Positions 44,690 to 59,828 of a DNA stretch of 64,000 bases are shown here, piece by piece. The stretch comes from the human T2T-CHM13v2.0 reference genome, Homo sapiens: assembly GCF_009914755.1 (NCBI RefSeq), contig NC_060927.1. One strand, given 5' to 3'. Under the pieces are notes generated by a model. That model was not told the DNA's origin. It ran no database searches and saw only the letters and a list, made by a program, of their open reading frames with translations. Positions within the stretch are counted from its first letter, which is position 1. Each line of letters starts with the position of its first letter. Position numbers and translations under genes: made by a program.

Positions 44690-44858
44690 AGCTCTTACTA
44701 CTCAAAATGTGTCTCCAGGGCCAGCAGCACCAGTATTACCTGGGAGCTAACTAGAAATTAGGAATTTCAGGCCCCACCTCAGACCTCCCATGTCAGAATC
44801 TGCATTTTAATGAGATCCCTAAGTAATTCATGTGCACATACATGTTTGAAAAGCACTA
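44690..44858. mobile_element. MER5A-type hAT-Charlie element
   Basis: ctactcaaaatgtg...caggccccacctcagacct...tcagaatctgcattttaa...tttgaaaagcact. Confidence 0.85.
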
Positions 44859-46413
44859 GTATAGAAAAATGACTCTGGGATTCAGCAACTTGACAGAACT
44901 CATCTAGTGGTAAACCACACAACTAGAAGCATACTCAAATCAGAAGATGCTAAGGCCAGCATCTTTCTCTTATATCTCTAACGGTATCTGTGATTGGAGG
45001 TGTTCAGCCTTCCTGAATCCCATTGTCATGTTCTTCTGTAATCCAAGCTATAAATGAAAGGCTTTTTACAAACATGTTTTCATGTCTACCACAGTAGCAA
45101 GAACACCATAATTTTGTTTTATTTTTCACATTTTTAATTATTCAGCTGTTTTATTTGTCACCATTTAGGGAATTATTACAAAACTTATGTCTAAAATGCA
45201 TCTGGTTAAGGCATATTAAGGCGGCTAAGCAGATGTAGAATCGGTTGACTGCTATCATAAAATTAAACACTGATGAAACATATATTTGCACAGCAATAAT
45301 GATCCTGGCATTTGTATAAATATAACAGATCTATTTCCCTAATCATCTAGGGAAAAAAATGAGGAAAGGGTGACAGAATTACCAAATTTGTCTGGCTTAC
45401 TAGGCAGATCATTTTCAAGTACAAATTTTTTTTCATGTGAATAAAATCATGTTAATTAACAGCATCTATTACCACATTAAAATGAAAGAAGTGTATTTGA
45501 GCAAAAAACAATGTAGATAATATCAGAAGCATGTTTCCAGGACATGTCATAATTTCCAGAGCTTCTTTATAATCATGGTAGGTGCATGTTTTTAAGATAT
45601 TCCTCTATAGTGCCATAGTTTGATTTTATACAAAATGTGTCCTGAGATTCAAGCCTAAGTGAATAAGATATATATTTTTCCCCACATTTTAGTATCTCTG
45701 AAATTTAAATCTGTCTTACAATTGATGGTATATCAACACTGATTGGCAGCAGTTTTTCTTCTTTTTTTGTGATCAGTGGAATATTTGATTCAATTAGGGG
45801 ATTAGGATTCCCAGTAAACTGAAACCTTGTCCACAGGGATTACCACAGTGAGATAGTGGAAAACAAGTGGAACAGAAAGGATAGCTCATGCCTATGAGCG
45901 TTCAGGCAAAAAGAGAAGTGAATAAATAGAAGTAATGAGATTAAATAAGAAATGATTTCATAGATTTCTATTTCCACAGAGCCAGAAAGAAAAATCGAGG
46001 AAGATGAGCAAATTTAGCAAAATAGCAAGAAAGAAGAATAGGGAGATAGAGGAAAAAAAAAAGGAGAGAGAATGAAGCATCAAGATGGAAAATACAGCCA
46101 ATAAGCCCACTATTGTGATCATTATTTTTTAGGTGTGGTATCCTGTGGTAGACATTCAACTTGGTGCTCCTTTTCTCATTACACACACTGATCAGTAGTG
46201 GTCCTAGAGGATAGGATGAGGCAGTTGTTTTTGGCACATTGTAGAAGGTGTTTTCTCTTCTCTGGCCTGCACAGGTAGATCCACACCCCTTCCTGTGCTC
46301 CTTCCCTCCCACAAACTCTGTACATACTTCTCTTTCCTCTGCCTGCTGCATTTCACCCAGTCCCAAACCACCAGGATATGTAAAATGATTAATACTTCTG
46401 TTTGTTCTTTCAG

Positions 46414-46452
46414 GTGATATCAAGACTATCAAACAAATCTATGGTCTCACAG
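46414..46452 (+). CDS. KCNH8: KCNH8 internal coding exon (39 nt, phase 0/0), VISRLSNKSMVSQ; probably exon 12
   Basis: Acceptor tttgttctttcag| and donor |gtatgg; 13 open codons that join in frame to SEPKGNG of the next exon; peptide matches recalled KCNH8 C-terminus. Exon numbering from memory. Confidence 0.9.
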
Positions 46453-47046
46453 GTATGGCTTTTGCTACACAGCAAAATATTTATCTAAAATCTGGAGGAT
46501 TACCAATAAATCTGTCTTGTCTTTCTCTTCAGAATTTCATGTATTTATCTTTTACTTTCCCTACTTGACTTCCCAATAAGAGATGTGGCAACTGACTTGC
46601 TTGAGTTTGAGTATAGAGGAGAATTGAAACTCATAGTTCTATGGGAGCATTTTATAGTTATTGTTATAAAGCAGTTTGTTACCAAAACATGCCAAATGTA
46701 AAGTCCTAAGGTGTTAATCTTAAAAGTACTTTCATTGCATTTAAAATTGGCAGTCAAATTTTTTCTTGTAAGTGTCCATAATGCTAAAAATATGGTTGAG
46801 AGATATTCTGGAACCATGTTTTATGATTCAGTCAGCTCTTAAAACAGTTTCAACTTTTAAGAACTCTCTAATTAATTTCAAGAAAAGTTTCCCGAAAAAA
46901 CTAATTTGTTAAGATTATTAGCTGGACTTTTATTACCAATAATCCTGTGACACAGAGGCACGCAAATAGATTAAATTACATAATGCATTATGAAGACATT
47001 AAGAATTTACTGAAGATGATGGTGGAGAAGGGTCAAATAGGGTTTA

Positions 47047-47320
47047 CTTTTTATTTTAATTATACTTTAAGTTCTGGGTTACATGTGCAGAATGTTCAGT
47101 TTTGTTACATAGGTATACATGTGCCCTGGTGGTTTGCTGCACCCATCAACCTGTCACCTACATTAGGTATTTCTCCTAATGTTATCCCTCCCCTAGCCCC
47201 CCACCCCCCACAGGCACCAGTGTGTGATGTTCCCCTCCCTGTGTCCATGTGTTCTCATTGTTCAACTCGCATGTATGAGTGAGAACATGTGGTGTTTGGT
47301 TTTCTGATTGTGATAGTTTG
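47047..47320 (-). mobile_element. L1PA7-like 3' end fragment
   Basis: ttatactttaagttctgggttacatgtgcagaa..., antisense L1PA 3'UTR. Confidence 0.9.
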
Positions 47321-49020
47321 TAATGTCGGCTGCCCTGATTGTGAGTCAATATCTAAGCAACTTGTCCAAGACACCAAGTCTCCATGACAAAATGGAAGTA
47401 TGAAATTTCCACAAACTTGTAGAAGTACAAATACTTGACAGGTTATTAGAGAATTCAATTAGAGCCAATAGAGGCTTCTTGAAACAAAGGAATGATTAAC
47501 TTGCCAATGCAAATGTAAACAGAATTCTAATTAGAGAATGCGCTCATTGTTTCTCATTTCTTAGATTAAGTTTGCCCTGTTGTGTCTTTAGCTGGGTAAA
47601 CTGATTTTTCTATCCAACGATGCTAGTATACAAATGTTCCCCTGTAATTCCGTGTAGGCCCAATTTTTGTTAAAAACACAGAGTTTTAAACGCTGTGAAA
47701 AACAAACAAGAGTAACATCATGACTATCCCAGCAAAAAAAAAGTATGCCCTCGTCATTAATTAAAATAACCATACGTATTTGGAAAGATGAGTCTAAGAA
47801 TGCCATTTCTTCAAGAAATTTTGAGCCAATAAGATTAAAGTACAAGAACTTCATAAGTAAACTATGCATTTCACTCAGCACCTATGGCCTAAACTGAACG
47901 GGCTATTGCCTATAAGTCACTGCAATGTTAGATCTGTTATTATACCTGTAATATATACACCATATACACCAAAAAATCCGTATACACCAAAATCCATATA
48001 CACCAAAAAAAACAACTATTCATTTAAGTCAATAACCATGACAGCCCAGAGTCTGAATAGTAATCTTAGGGATTTTCAGTTCTTTGCCTTATTTTTATTA
48101 TAAATTATTGATGATCAGATATAAGGGATTCAATTTTCAAAAAAGACAGAAGCACAGAAAAGTGAGCAGAGAAGCCATGTCTGGGGCAAAGCCAGAAGCA
48201 CACACTATTACAGTGACTCTGTTGAGGGCCACTAGTTAGCCTTTGCTGCGTTCACTGCCCTGGCCCTTCCATCATCACCTCAATTGTCTTTTCCCACACT
48301 CTTTCTTTCCTCTTCTTAGTCTACACAGTTGAATGATCCCAGTCAAGAGTCCAGTAGTTACAGGATGGGTTTTGGCAAGACTATTTTTCCTTCCTTTTCC
48401 AAGGCTTTTCAAAGGAAGCAGACCAGGTGGTTTGCTTCTTTTCTTGCTAGTGACTGGAAAGAACAAGGAGAGCAGGAAGTAGAGTAGCTGAGAATACTTC
48501 TGATCTTCTTCCATTCATGTGATCCAAAATAGGAAAGCTTTTTATTCTCAAGAATAATGCAATTTTGCTGGTTAATCTCCATGTAAAGTTCCAGTAAAGA
48601 CCCTGTAATTTTAAATAACAAGGCCTAAGACCCTCCATTAAAATGGAAAATGTCTTTATTTCTAAGAGCATGCCATCATATACTATTACAAATGACAGGC
48701 TGATTAAAATCTAGTTGCAAACCTGGTATAATGCACCTTTCACGTGGCTCCCCATGAAGACAGTTTAAAAGACCAAGAGAAAGGTTAAAATCAGGGGCTA
48801 AAAATCAAGAAAGCATAGAGAGTAAACCTGGAGAAGAGCAGAAGTGGGAAGACCTTTAACACCTGATAAAATAATAACAAAATCTGCAAAGACTTCAGTT
48901 TTAATGAAAAGTAAGTCTCTAAGAGATTTGACTTTGTTCTAATGAGACCTCCAGCATTAATGATATACCTTTTCTGCGGTTTTTGCAGTCTGTACTAATT
49001 TATATTATCCACTGATTTAG

Positions 49021-49377
<357 letters not shown>

Positions 49378-50084
49378 TAAGAGTTCATATCATATAACTT
49401 TCTCACGTGAACGTGGCTGCCTTTTATACAGAGTAGTACCTGCCTTCAGCCTTCTGAGCCTTTCTACTCCACAGATTCCTAGCCTGGAATCCTCAGCTTT
49501 TCTGAGTTTTGTGGGCAATTTTTTGAGTTTATGTGCAAGTGTGTGTGTGCATGCAGGATGGGCAAAATATGTTCTCAAAATACTAAATGTTCAGAAATCC
49601 TTCTTTACTCCTTTTATTCATTTTGCACTACCTATTATGTTAAATGTATATTCCTACCTTGTGATTTTATGATTTATAGTGAAAATAAAAGAAATGGAAC
49701 AAACTCCATCAATGTTATCCCCTCAATGCTTGATCTTACCAAAAGTTTCATAAGCAATGAGTTGAAATTAGGAAGAAAATGAAATGCAGATTTTTATTTT
49801 TCATACTATTCTTGCCTTATTATCAAGGACGGCTAAAACTTAGTTTTATTTCTGGTCTCTTCAATAAGTAACACAGCATGGTTCCATTTTTCATTTCTTA
49901 AAAATCACTTTAGAATCCACTAAAGGTGATTGAAAGCGTGAAAAATCCTGATTCCGAAGATGTTCAGGGGTAGGCCATGGTGTAGAAAAGCAATAGCCAT
50001 CATCAAAATCACATAACAGCTGAATAATAATAAATAAAAGCATGAAAAAAATATGTATTACTTTTTATGTTTCATGTATTTTGC

Positions 50085-50285
50085 GAGATAATTTCACATT
50101 CACAATTGCATTTAATCTTCTCAGAACCCTATAAAGTAGTTTGTGTTATCTCTATTATAAAGTTGCAAGAAGTGAAACTCGAAGGGTAAATATTTTGTCG
50201 AAGATCTCAGAGATATTAAGTATTGAAAGGTGGATTCAAAGTTTGTTTTTCTACTTATAAAGCAAGTGGTCTTTCTCAAATACTA
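50085..50285 (-). mobile_element. MIR SINE
   Basis: catttaatcttctcagaaccctat...gaagtgaaactc...ggattcaaa. Confidence 0.6.
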
Positions 50286-50919
50286 TATTTTTATTATTTA
50301 TTTGAACAACATTCTTATTCATTAAGATAAAATATTAAGGAAAAGATAAAATAGGTTTAGCAAAAAGTAGGCGGATGATATATTTTCAAGAATTCAGTTG
50401 GAGATGGTAATTTGAAAATATTGCTTAACTCTTCTTCCTAAGTTTATACTAAAATTAAACATAATAAATTATAAATAGGAAGAGACTGTATTGGAGCTGA
50501 GAAAGGTTTATATACAACATAATCTTACATTTATAAAAAGAATATATGTTCTTTATAGAGAAAATAATATTTTGAGGACATACATCAAAATCTTGACTAT
50601 AGTAGTAGATTACAGGTGATTTTTATTTTGTTTTTTTGTTACCTTTATGTTTAAATTTTCTACAATAGACTTTTTTTTTTTAAATAATGAGTGGGTTAGA
50701 TACTATTTACCATGAAAAGAAGACTAAATACTGATTTAAATATAATTATTTAACTCTGACATTTAGAGTTTTCTCTAAGTCTAGAGTAGAGGTGTAATCA
50801 AATTTATTTTCTGTGATGCTAAGGGTTAAAACCTGGAGAGTAGTGATTTAACATGAATTTAGGTCAGAGGACTTTTGTACCATACCTTAAAGTTTTGAAT
50901 CTGAGAATAAGTAAAAGAG

Positions 50920-51260
50920 CCTCTGTCTACAACAGTAGTGTGTGATAAAAAATATAATGTGATATAAAATTGTGAGCTACATATATACTTTTAAATTATC
51001 TAACAAACAGCTACATTTTTAAGCGTGATAAAAGTGAAATTAATTTTAATAATATATTTTATTTGACTGAATATGTTCCAAATATTATTTTAAATTTGAA
51101 CAATATAAAAATACTCAGTGAAATAATTTACATTTTTTAACCATATTCTTCAAAATCCAGTGTGTATTTAATTCTTACGGCACATCTCAATTTGCACAAA
51201 CCACATTTCAAGTACTCAATAGCAATATAAGGCTAATGGTTACTATATTGAATAGCTCAG
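50920..51260. mobile_element. MER33-like hAT-Charlie element
   Basis: gtgaaattaattttaataatatattttattt...gcacatctcaattt...ccacatttcaagtactcaatagc...ttgaatagctcag. Confidence 0.8.
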
Positions 51261-51337
51261 CTCTAGAGCATCTAGAATTTAGAAATTTAACATAATATCT
51301 TTTAACTCTTTAAAAATACTGGAATCCATGAATATGA

Positions 51338-51493
<156 letters not shown>

Positions 51494-52699
51494 TAGTCTT
51501 CTCCTAAGGTAAAATATTTCTTATTAACTTGTAATGTTTGTTATGGGCATTTTTTTTTTTTGCTTTCCTGTCCTTAGAATATTCTCCCTGTCATAGAACC
51601 TTACCAATACCATTGAATAATTTGACATGAGTTTATGCCATTTCCAAGTTAAGATGTCATTTGTGATCATTTCTCTGTCCAGATTGGATGAGCTACCATT
51701 TAGCAGCGAAGGTAATTGATATGCCAGGAGACTCAAATTTCTGCTATTCATTAGAGGATGGCCATGTTTTACTATTATAAATTTAGATTAATCCATAAAA
51801 ACATTATCTAGAGGAAATGCCATGTTGATTGTGCACTGAAGGAACATTGGTTATATTTAACCAGTTTATTCAGTGTGAGGTTATATACTTGAAGTTTTCC
51901 AGATGATAAATAACTTCGGAAAGGTATAAGCATGTTGGAAATGACGGAGAACTATGTGATGTGTTAACCTTTAGTGATGGTGAATTAATGTGAAGGTACC
52001 TCCAACTCTAGCCCAAATCCCTCTCTTTACTTTTCAATCTTGAGTTTGTTGCTCGTAAGAATGATTCTGTCAACAAGACAAATAAAATGACAAATAAACT
52101 CTAAAGAAGACACACCTGTATTTGATAAAAAGAGAATAGTGAACATGTGTTGAATAGGCAGAGACAATCCAAAACAATTACCAGCAAACTACCTAATGCA
52201 AGGCCAGCAATCCTCACCCAACCTCCCCTTCCCTTCCCACCAAGTTCTAAAATCCTTGTATTAGAATGTCTTGGTAATTAGCAAATCCCTTTATGAACAA
52301 AGCCAAGCCCAAGAAAGACATTTGAATATACAGTTCTGGAGATGTTTCTCTGGTAGAATACCAGCATTTCATCTGAATCAGTAATTCTTTCCAGCACTCA
52401 TCATCTTCTTGGGAAACTAAGGGATACTTGTGAAATTCCTTGATTGGGAGTGTGAAGTGAGGAAAATGCAAAAGGATAAGGAGTACAGTCTTGATTTATT
52501 GATTTAACTGACTTACATATGTTGATATTACTGTGCTTGGACCAAGGAGCAAAGAAATCATAGTTATCATCAAACTGGTATATTTGCAATAAAAGCCTAT
52601 TGACACCTCAATTGGATGTTTACCTTTTTGGTTCAACTAGAGACAGTGCACAGAAACTCACCATTTCATCCACATATTTCTAGTCCTACCACTCTCTTA

Positions 52700-53300
<601 letters not shown>

Positions 53301-53980
53301 TTACCTCTGCAAGATATATCTGCAAAACAATTTCTTATTACTCTATTTCAGACTGTTTTGAATTACTTTTCTTCCCCCACCAACAAGTTTTCTCCTCATA
53401 ATTGACCAGAATTAGGATGGTCTTATCTGTCAAATCTTTTCCACTCAAGCTGGCACTGACTCACCTGTACTCTTGTCCCTGACAGAAATAAATATATTTG
53501 GAAGAGCAAAGTAGAGAAAAAGTGGAGAAGAAGAACTAAAAACTGGGAGAAATTACCCTTTAGAGTGATGCAGGAAGAGAAAGGCAACCTGCAGTGGATA
53601 TCAGTATCTGATATATATGTGGGAGGAAAATATGCTCATGGGCACATGAATCAATGTTTAGAATGGAACGAGAGAAGAAAAATAATATCCCTTTTCTATG
53701 GCTTGAGCACTGACTATGATACAGTTTTAAACAATGGTCAAAGAAAAGAAAATGTGCCATCTTGGAACGTGGTGGTGACTGTACTCGGGGAAATGGGGTG
53801 TTTGCAATGGACACATCCAGTCACTGTGGGTGCAATCACCACCATGATGTGTGTCCAGAGAGTATATCTGGTGCCATCCAGAGGAATACAAAAAGCTTGC
53901 CTGATCCCTAAAAGACAGTACAGTGCACAGACATCAGAAAAGGTTAAAAGTGATAGCGTGGACTTTCTTTCATATTCTAA

Positions 53981-54151
<171 letters not shown>

Positions 54152-54187
54152 TAAATGGTAAGAGGAGATATAAATCCTAGTTACTCG

Positions 54188-54420
54188 CAGAAGCAGTGTA
54201 ATATAGTAGTTACAAGCATGCATTCCAGAATGAGACCACCATGGGTGAATCTCTGCTCTGCCTCATGTAAGTTGTGTGATCTCTGACAAGTCACTTACCT
54301 TCTCTCAAGCTCCACTTCCCCATGTGTAAGAAGGGAAGAATAATAATGCCTGCCTTATGGCCCCTTGTGAAATTAAATAAAATAATCTAGGTCAATCATT
54401 TAGCATGAAGTGTCTTAGAT
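54188..54420 (+). mobile_element. MIR SINE just downstream of the last exon in the window
   Basis: gcagtgtaatatagtagtta...ctgacaagtcacttacct...catgtgtaagaaggga. Confidence 0.75.
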
Positions 54421-54621
54421 ATATGCATATTTGGTTTAATTGGTACATTTTAAACTTTTTTGTGACCTTCCATTTTTAATGAGCTAAAGCAAGGTCGTAA
54501 GTTCACAGAAGAATGCTGTTTCTCAGTGTAGTCAAATGGCCTGAACTCTGTTCTTTCCTCTGACTTGTATTTGCTTGTGTCACCTTGGGTACTTTACCTC
54601 TCTAAATCTTACTATCTATTC

Positions 54622-54875
54622 ATTTTTAACAGTTTTATTGAGGTATATTTATATATCATAAAATTTGTCCATTTCACCAATACAATCCAGTGAGTTTTAG
54701 TAACTTTATTGAATCCATCATCTATAAATCAGTTTTAGGATATATTTTCTTCCCCCAGTAAGATCTCTTATACTCATTTTACAGTTAATCTCTATTCTTA
54801 TGTCCAGCCTTAGACAACCACTTATCTACTTTTTATTTCTATAAATCTGCCTTTTCTGGCAATTTTATAGAAATA
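54622..54875 (-). mobile_element. L1MB/L1ME 3' end fragment
   Basis: tttttaacagttttattgaggtata...gacaaccacttatctacttt...gccttttctgg. Confidence 0.75.
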
Positions 54876-54905
54876 AATACAAAAATAAGATACTTTCTTG
54901 ATTAC

Positions 54906-55282
54906 TGTCTTAATTGGGGTCTCTCTCATTAAAATAAAATAAAACAAGTTCTGAGACTATATGGGTGCAAAAGTTTATTTGAAAAGTGATACAGGAAGTA
55001 TAATTAAAGAACAGAGAAGTAAGACAGAAAAGGAAGGAAAGCAAAACAGAAGGATATGTTAGTGAGACAGTTAAACTTGTAAACAACTGGGGCTCAATCC
55101 CACTGGAGACCTCTGAGAGACTATGTAGGACAACTCAAAATTATTCAACCAAGGAGCAAGGAAAAGTGGAGTTGAGGCTCTTCAGGCAGGCCTGAAGAAA
55201 AAAAATTGCTCAGGCGAGAATATGCAGCAAAACCTGTGCCTATCTTTGGTGTCCAGGGTAGACCCAGGCAAGGGCATGTGGG
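54906..55282 (-). mobile_element. Ancient ERVL solo LTR (LTR16/LTR33-like)
   Basis: tgtctta...ctgagac...gtgcaaaagtttattt...ggggctcaatcccactggagacctctgagagac...caaca. Confidence 0.55.
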
Positions 55283-56122
55283 CAGGGACAGACAGTGCAA
55301 CAGAATCCTTTTCTAGGAGTAAAGTCTTAGTAATAGTTGATTTGATGACACTTTGGGGAAAATGTAATCACGTGATGGTATTGATGAGATTTATGAAAAA
55401 TGAAGTTCACATAACTTCCAGTTATCTGTAATAAGGGCAGACTGAGTAGCTTGTCATAAACTCTGCAGGTTTCTCTTAAACCTGTGTTTCTTCAGCTTCG
55501 TGGAGATTTATGTTTTACTACCATCTCCCTTCTGCACCTGCCCTCTCTGGAGCTGAGATTGTTGCTAATAAGAAGTAAGAGAGCCGAAGGACCGACTAAC
55601 AAGGCAGAAAAGGAATACTAGATGGTCCACTAACTGGTTTGAAAATACTTAAATCACAAAGACTCAGCCATGCACTGGATCACCCAAATAACCTCTTGTT
55701 AAAACAAAAAAACAAAACAAAAAAAACACCGAAACCCAAAACAAAACTAATGCAACTCCCCGTTGGAGAACTGGATGTTAACCTTCTGTTCAACAGTTTC
55801 TTTTCAGATACTGCTCTTAGCTAAAACCACCCATCAATACCATTTGAATTCTTTCCTCTCATATTTGAGAAGGGCATTTAATAATTTTAAAAACTGACTG
55901 ACCTATATCTTAGTTCAAATATTAGAGTTAGTGATTCTTCTGAGAAAAAATATCTATATGTTCACCTTTAGGAATGTAGATAATTTTTCCAAGTTAGGGC
56001 TGTAAATCCACACAGTTTGTTATTTTCCTTTGACAATGTGAATCGGGTAGATCCATTAACAAAAAAAAAAAATTACCATTTTAAAAACAAAATATCTTCC
56101 CAGTATGATCCTGTATTCACGA

Positions 56123-56286
56123 TTTCTTTTCTTTTTTTTTAAATTATACTTTAAGTTCTGTGGTACATGTGCAGAATGTGCAGGTTTGTTACATAGGTAT
56201 ACACGTGCTATGGTGGTTTGCTGTACCTATCAACCCGTCATCTACATTAGGTATTTCTCCTAATGCTATCCCTCCCCTAGCCCCCC
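56123..56286 (-). mobile_element. L1PA7-like 3' end fragment
   Basis: T-rich tail plus ttatactttaagttctg...ccctcccctagcccccc. Confidence 0.9.
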
Positions 56287-57314
56287 GAGATGACACACAT
56301 CTTTTTATCTTGTCAAACATTTAAATAAAAAGGGAAAGATAAAATATCAAGGTCCAACTATTCTTTCCCAAAGAATTAGGTTTTCCATAAAGGAAAATAT
56401 CTGATTTATTCTTCGTCGAAGATTAAGTAGAAAAATCTGATCCTTCACACATAATTTAATTTATACACAGTTTTGACCCTTTGGATAGTGCATAAAAACC
56501 CACTAAGATGGGCAGAATAAAAATACAAATGGACTTCAAACTGTAAAATTATCCCTCTTCTAACCTATTTTTCTCTTCCTCATCTTTCTGTAAAGAGTTT
56601 ATATAGAAAAAAAACTTTTTAAAAGTCCAAGCCTAATTTTACCATTTTGCCTATTTTCTACTAGTAACATGTGTCATCATTTGATTGCTTTATTCTTTGT
56701 TTTTGCTATTATCTGGTTAATAGCAAGCAAGAGAAGAATTGATAATAAATGTGGGATGCACTGCATGAAAAAAACTCTACCACCAAAAGGACAACCGAAA
56801 ATATGTGTGATACATGCCACACAGACTGTGGGCCTTTGTGTGAGGTGTCAGAGCGCTGCAGAATCTCTATTCTGATATTTGTTTAAAGATTTAAGACATA
56901 AAGAAAGTGTTCATCAGTGTGTACATTTCATAATCATAATCTGCAAGCTAAATACAGAACTAAAATCTGAAAAGTAATAATATTGGTAATTACCTACATT
57001 CACAGAATAGTTAGGAGAGTTTAAAAGATGTGGGGCAGCTGCTAATATTAGAACGCTTTGACCACATTGCCATTGCTTTACAGCATAGTATGAAATAGTG
57101 CGACTCTAAGGAAACTCTTTGAAAATTACAAAAATGTCACAATAGGGCCATGGGCTGTGTAAGTCAAATGCTCCACTTCTGAAAAGGTTTGTAGGTGAAG
57201 GTTAGAGTGCATTCTCATTTCTGAAATCTGGCTGACCCAGAAAGATACAGAGGCAAAGCTTACCAAGGGAGACTGTGTGCTCTGGCACAGCAGGCAGAAG
57301 GCATAAAACACACT

Positions 57315-57530
57315 ATGGAAGAAAGAGAATTCACTTTGGAAAGAGACAAATATTTAGATTCCTATTCTGTGATTTCAACAAGGTGTTTACTTTCCCTAAG
57401 CTTAGATTTGTCCTCTATTAAATGATAATAATAGAACCTGTAATCAAGGATTGTTGTGAGAAGTTAATATCATATGTAAAGCACTGAGCACAGTATCTTC
57501 CCTTAATAAGTGGTCAATAAATGTTGATTC
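57315..57530 (+). mobile_element. MIR SINE
   Basis: aatgataataatagaacct...ggattgttgtgaga...atgtaaagcactgagcacag...tcaataaatgtt. Confidence 0.75.
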
Positions 57531-58255
57531 CATCCTCATACAAGGTTATGCTTTGATTCAACAAACGGTGACTCTCATATAAGCACCCTCCTTCTACCTA
57601 ACAGTGCCCAGTAGAGTAATAAGTGAGAGAGGATCAATGTTTTTAGAATAAAATGAAAATGAATGGACCTAAGAAGAACATATTTGGTTATGAAAATCAC
57701 TATTTTCACCTAAGAGACTTTTTGCTATAAACATACTCCATATGAAATTAGAATAGAAAACAAAATGGCAGATTAATGATATTTCAAAGCATCTTATCTT
57801 AACTAGTTTGATTGTAATTGTGCTACTGTATTATTTTTAAAAAACATTTATTCTGTAAGACTTATGGATTGAGTAGCAAATAGATGCATATACTAGTTTA
57901 ACAATGTTTAACCATTACCTGATATTACAATAAACATATAATTGGCAAAATGATAATAAAAACCAGATGGAAAATAACCTGCCAAGCTTAACAGAAAGGT
58001 AAGCATAACCATATCTGCATTTATAAAGTGAGAGAAAACAGGTAGCTTGTTATTTCATCCTTACTCACCCAAGCGTGCTTTGGTTTAAATACTCTACTTG
58101 CTGTATTTTATCATTTTATTTTGTGTATATGTAAAGGGGTCAGAGTTAATATTAGGTGATTTTAATCCATCTTGAATCTTAAACATACTATGGAGAATAA
58201 AATGTGTAACATGCCTAAACAAAAAAAAAATGAGCTTTGTAGAAACATAGCAACT

Positions 58256-58718
58256 TGTATTAATTGATTATTGAGGCTGAGAGGTCTCATGATCTGCAGT
58301 TGGCAAACTGGAGAACCAGGAGATCTGATGGTGTAGTTCCATTCTAATTCCGAAGTCCTAAAAACCAGGAGAGCCAGTGGTGTCAGTTCCATTTCGAAAG
58401 CCAAAAGGCTTGGGACTCAAAAAGAGCTGACTTTTTTTTTTTCAGTTCAAGTCCAAAGCTAGGGAAAGACCAATGTTTTAGCTCAAACAGTCAGGCAGGA
58501 GGAGTTTCCATTTACCTAGACTTTTTGTTCTATTCAGACCTTCAACTGATTGGATGAGGCCCACCCACATTAGGGAGGGCAGTATGCTATATTCAGTCTA
58601 CTGATTCAAATGCTAATCTCATCCAGAAACACACTCAAAAGACACACCCAGAATAATCTACCAAACATCTGGGCACCCCATGACCCAGTCAAGCTGGCAT
58701 ACAAAATTTACTATCACA
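58256..58718 (-). mobile_element. MLT2B-like ERVL solo LTR
   Basis: gcaaactggagaaccaggaga, ttcaactgattggatgaggcccacccacatt and ...aaaatttactatcaca terminus. Confidence 0.88.
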
Positions 58719-59489
58719 TCCAACAAATGTCTTCTGTTTGTCAGTCCAGTGGCTTCCTCTACAGTTGAAGTCATTGGCCTGTTTCAATGTCTAAACTGCT
58801 TTGATGGGAATAATTATTTTCCCCTTTAGCGATATAATAATTCTTCTTAGGCTCTGATTGGATCTAAAATTTTTTTTAAATTTTCCCATAGCAAAAGATG
58901 TCATGGTTTTCTTTGTGAGATAAATTAAACACTTTCTCAAACTCCAGAATTTAGAAAGTATTTCAGTTTTACCCTTTACAACTTGGTATAGTGTAAGTTA
59001 CACATATATATGTATATGTGTGATAAGAACCAATATTTGAGAGAGCTGAGTTCAATTACTGAGGCTCACTACTTTGCTGGGAATCGGAGTGATATGGGGT
59101 TGTTTCCTATAACACATTAGCACGTTGTTAACTTTAAGTGATATGAGAAGACCATTCGTATCAACTTGGGCTCTAGCATTTTAGAGACCAAGCTCTTATT
59201 GCTATTGAGTCCAAAAGAAAGGCCTCTTTTTTTAGGAATGACTGTGTTTGCATTACATTTCATAATTGGATAATAGGTCAGTCATGTCCTTTAAAAATAG
59301 ATATTACAGAAATGTCCTTATATGCACTATTATCCTAAGGCTTTAGAGAAAATTATTTTATATCATCACTATGACCTAAAAGTTAGATTTCAAATTTAAT
59401 TTTGTAATATCAGGATCTTTTAGCTTTATTTTCTCATTTTCAACTCCTCAAAAAGTCCAGTTACTGTTTCTAACATATTGAAGAGTCCT

Positions 59490-59828
59490 GCCATTATCAG
59501 ATAAGCACTGTTATAAGATAAATTATACTGAGGTAACAAACTCCAAATTGATTAAAATTTATTTCTCGTTCAAGCAAAATGCCTAACACAGGTCAGCAGA
59601 AGGGGCTGCACCATCTGGAATGTCACTGCTTGGCTGTTTTCCATTTGAAGCGTGGAGCACAGTTGTTCGGTTTGAAAGATAAAAACATCATTTCTGTCGG
59701 TATTTTATTAACCAGAACTAATTCCATGGGCACAGTTAATTTCAATTGGAAAAGAAAGTGTAAGCTTTTGTATATCCTAAAAGAAATAGAAAACTGGATA
59801 CTGGCAAACGCTAATAATATCTACCATA
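59490..59828 (-). mobile_element. Ancient MLT1 (K/L-like) LTR remnant
   Basis: gaggtaacaaac, tttatttctcgttca, ccagaactaattccatgg and ctaccata end. Confidence 0.55.
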
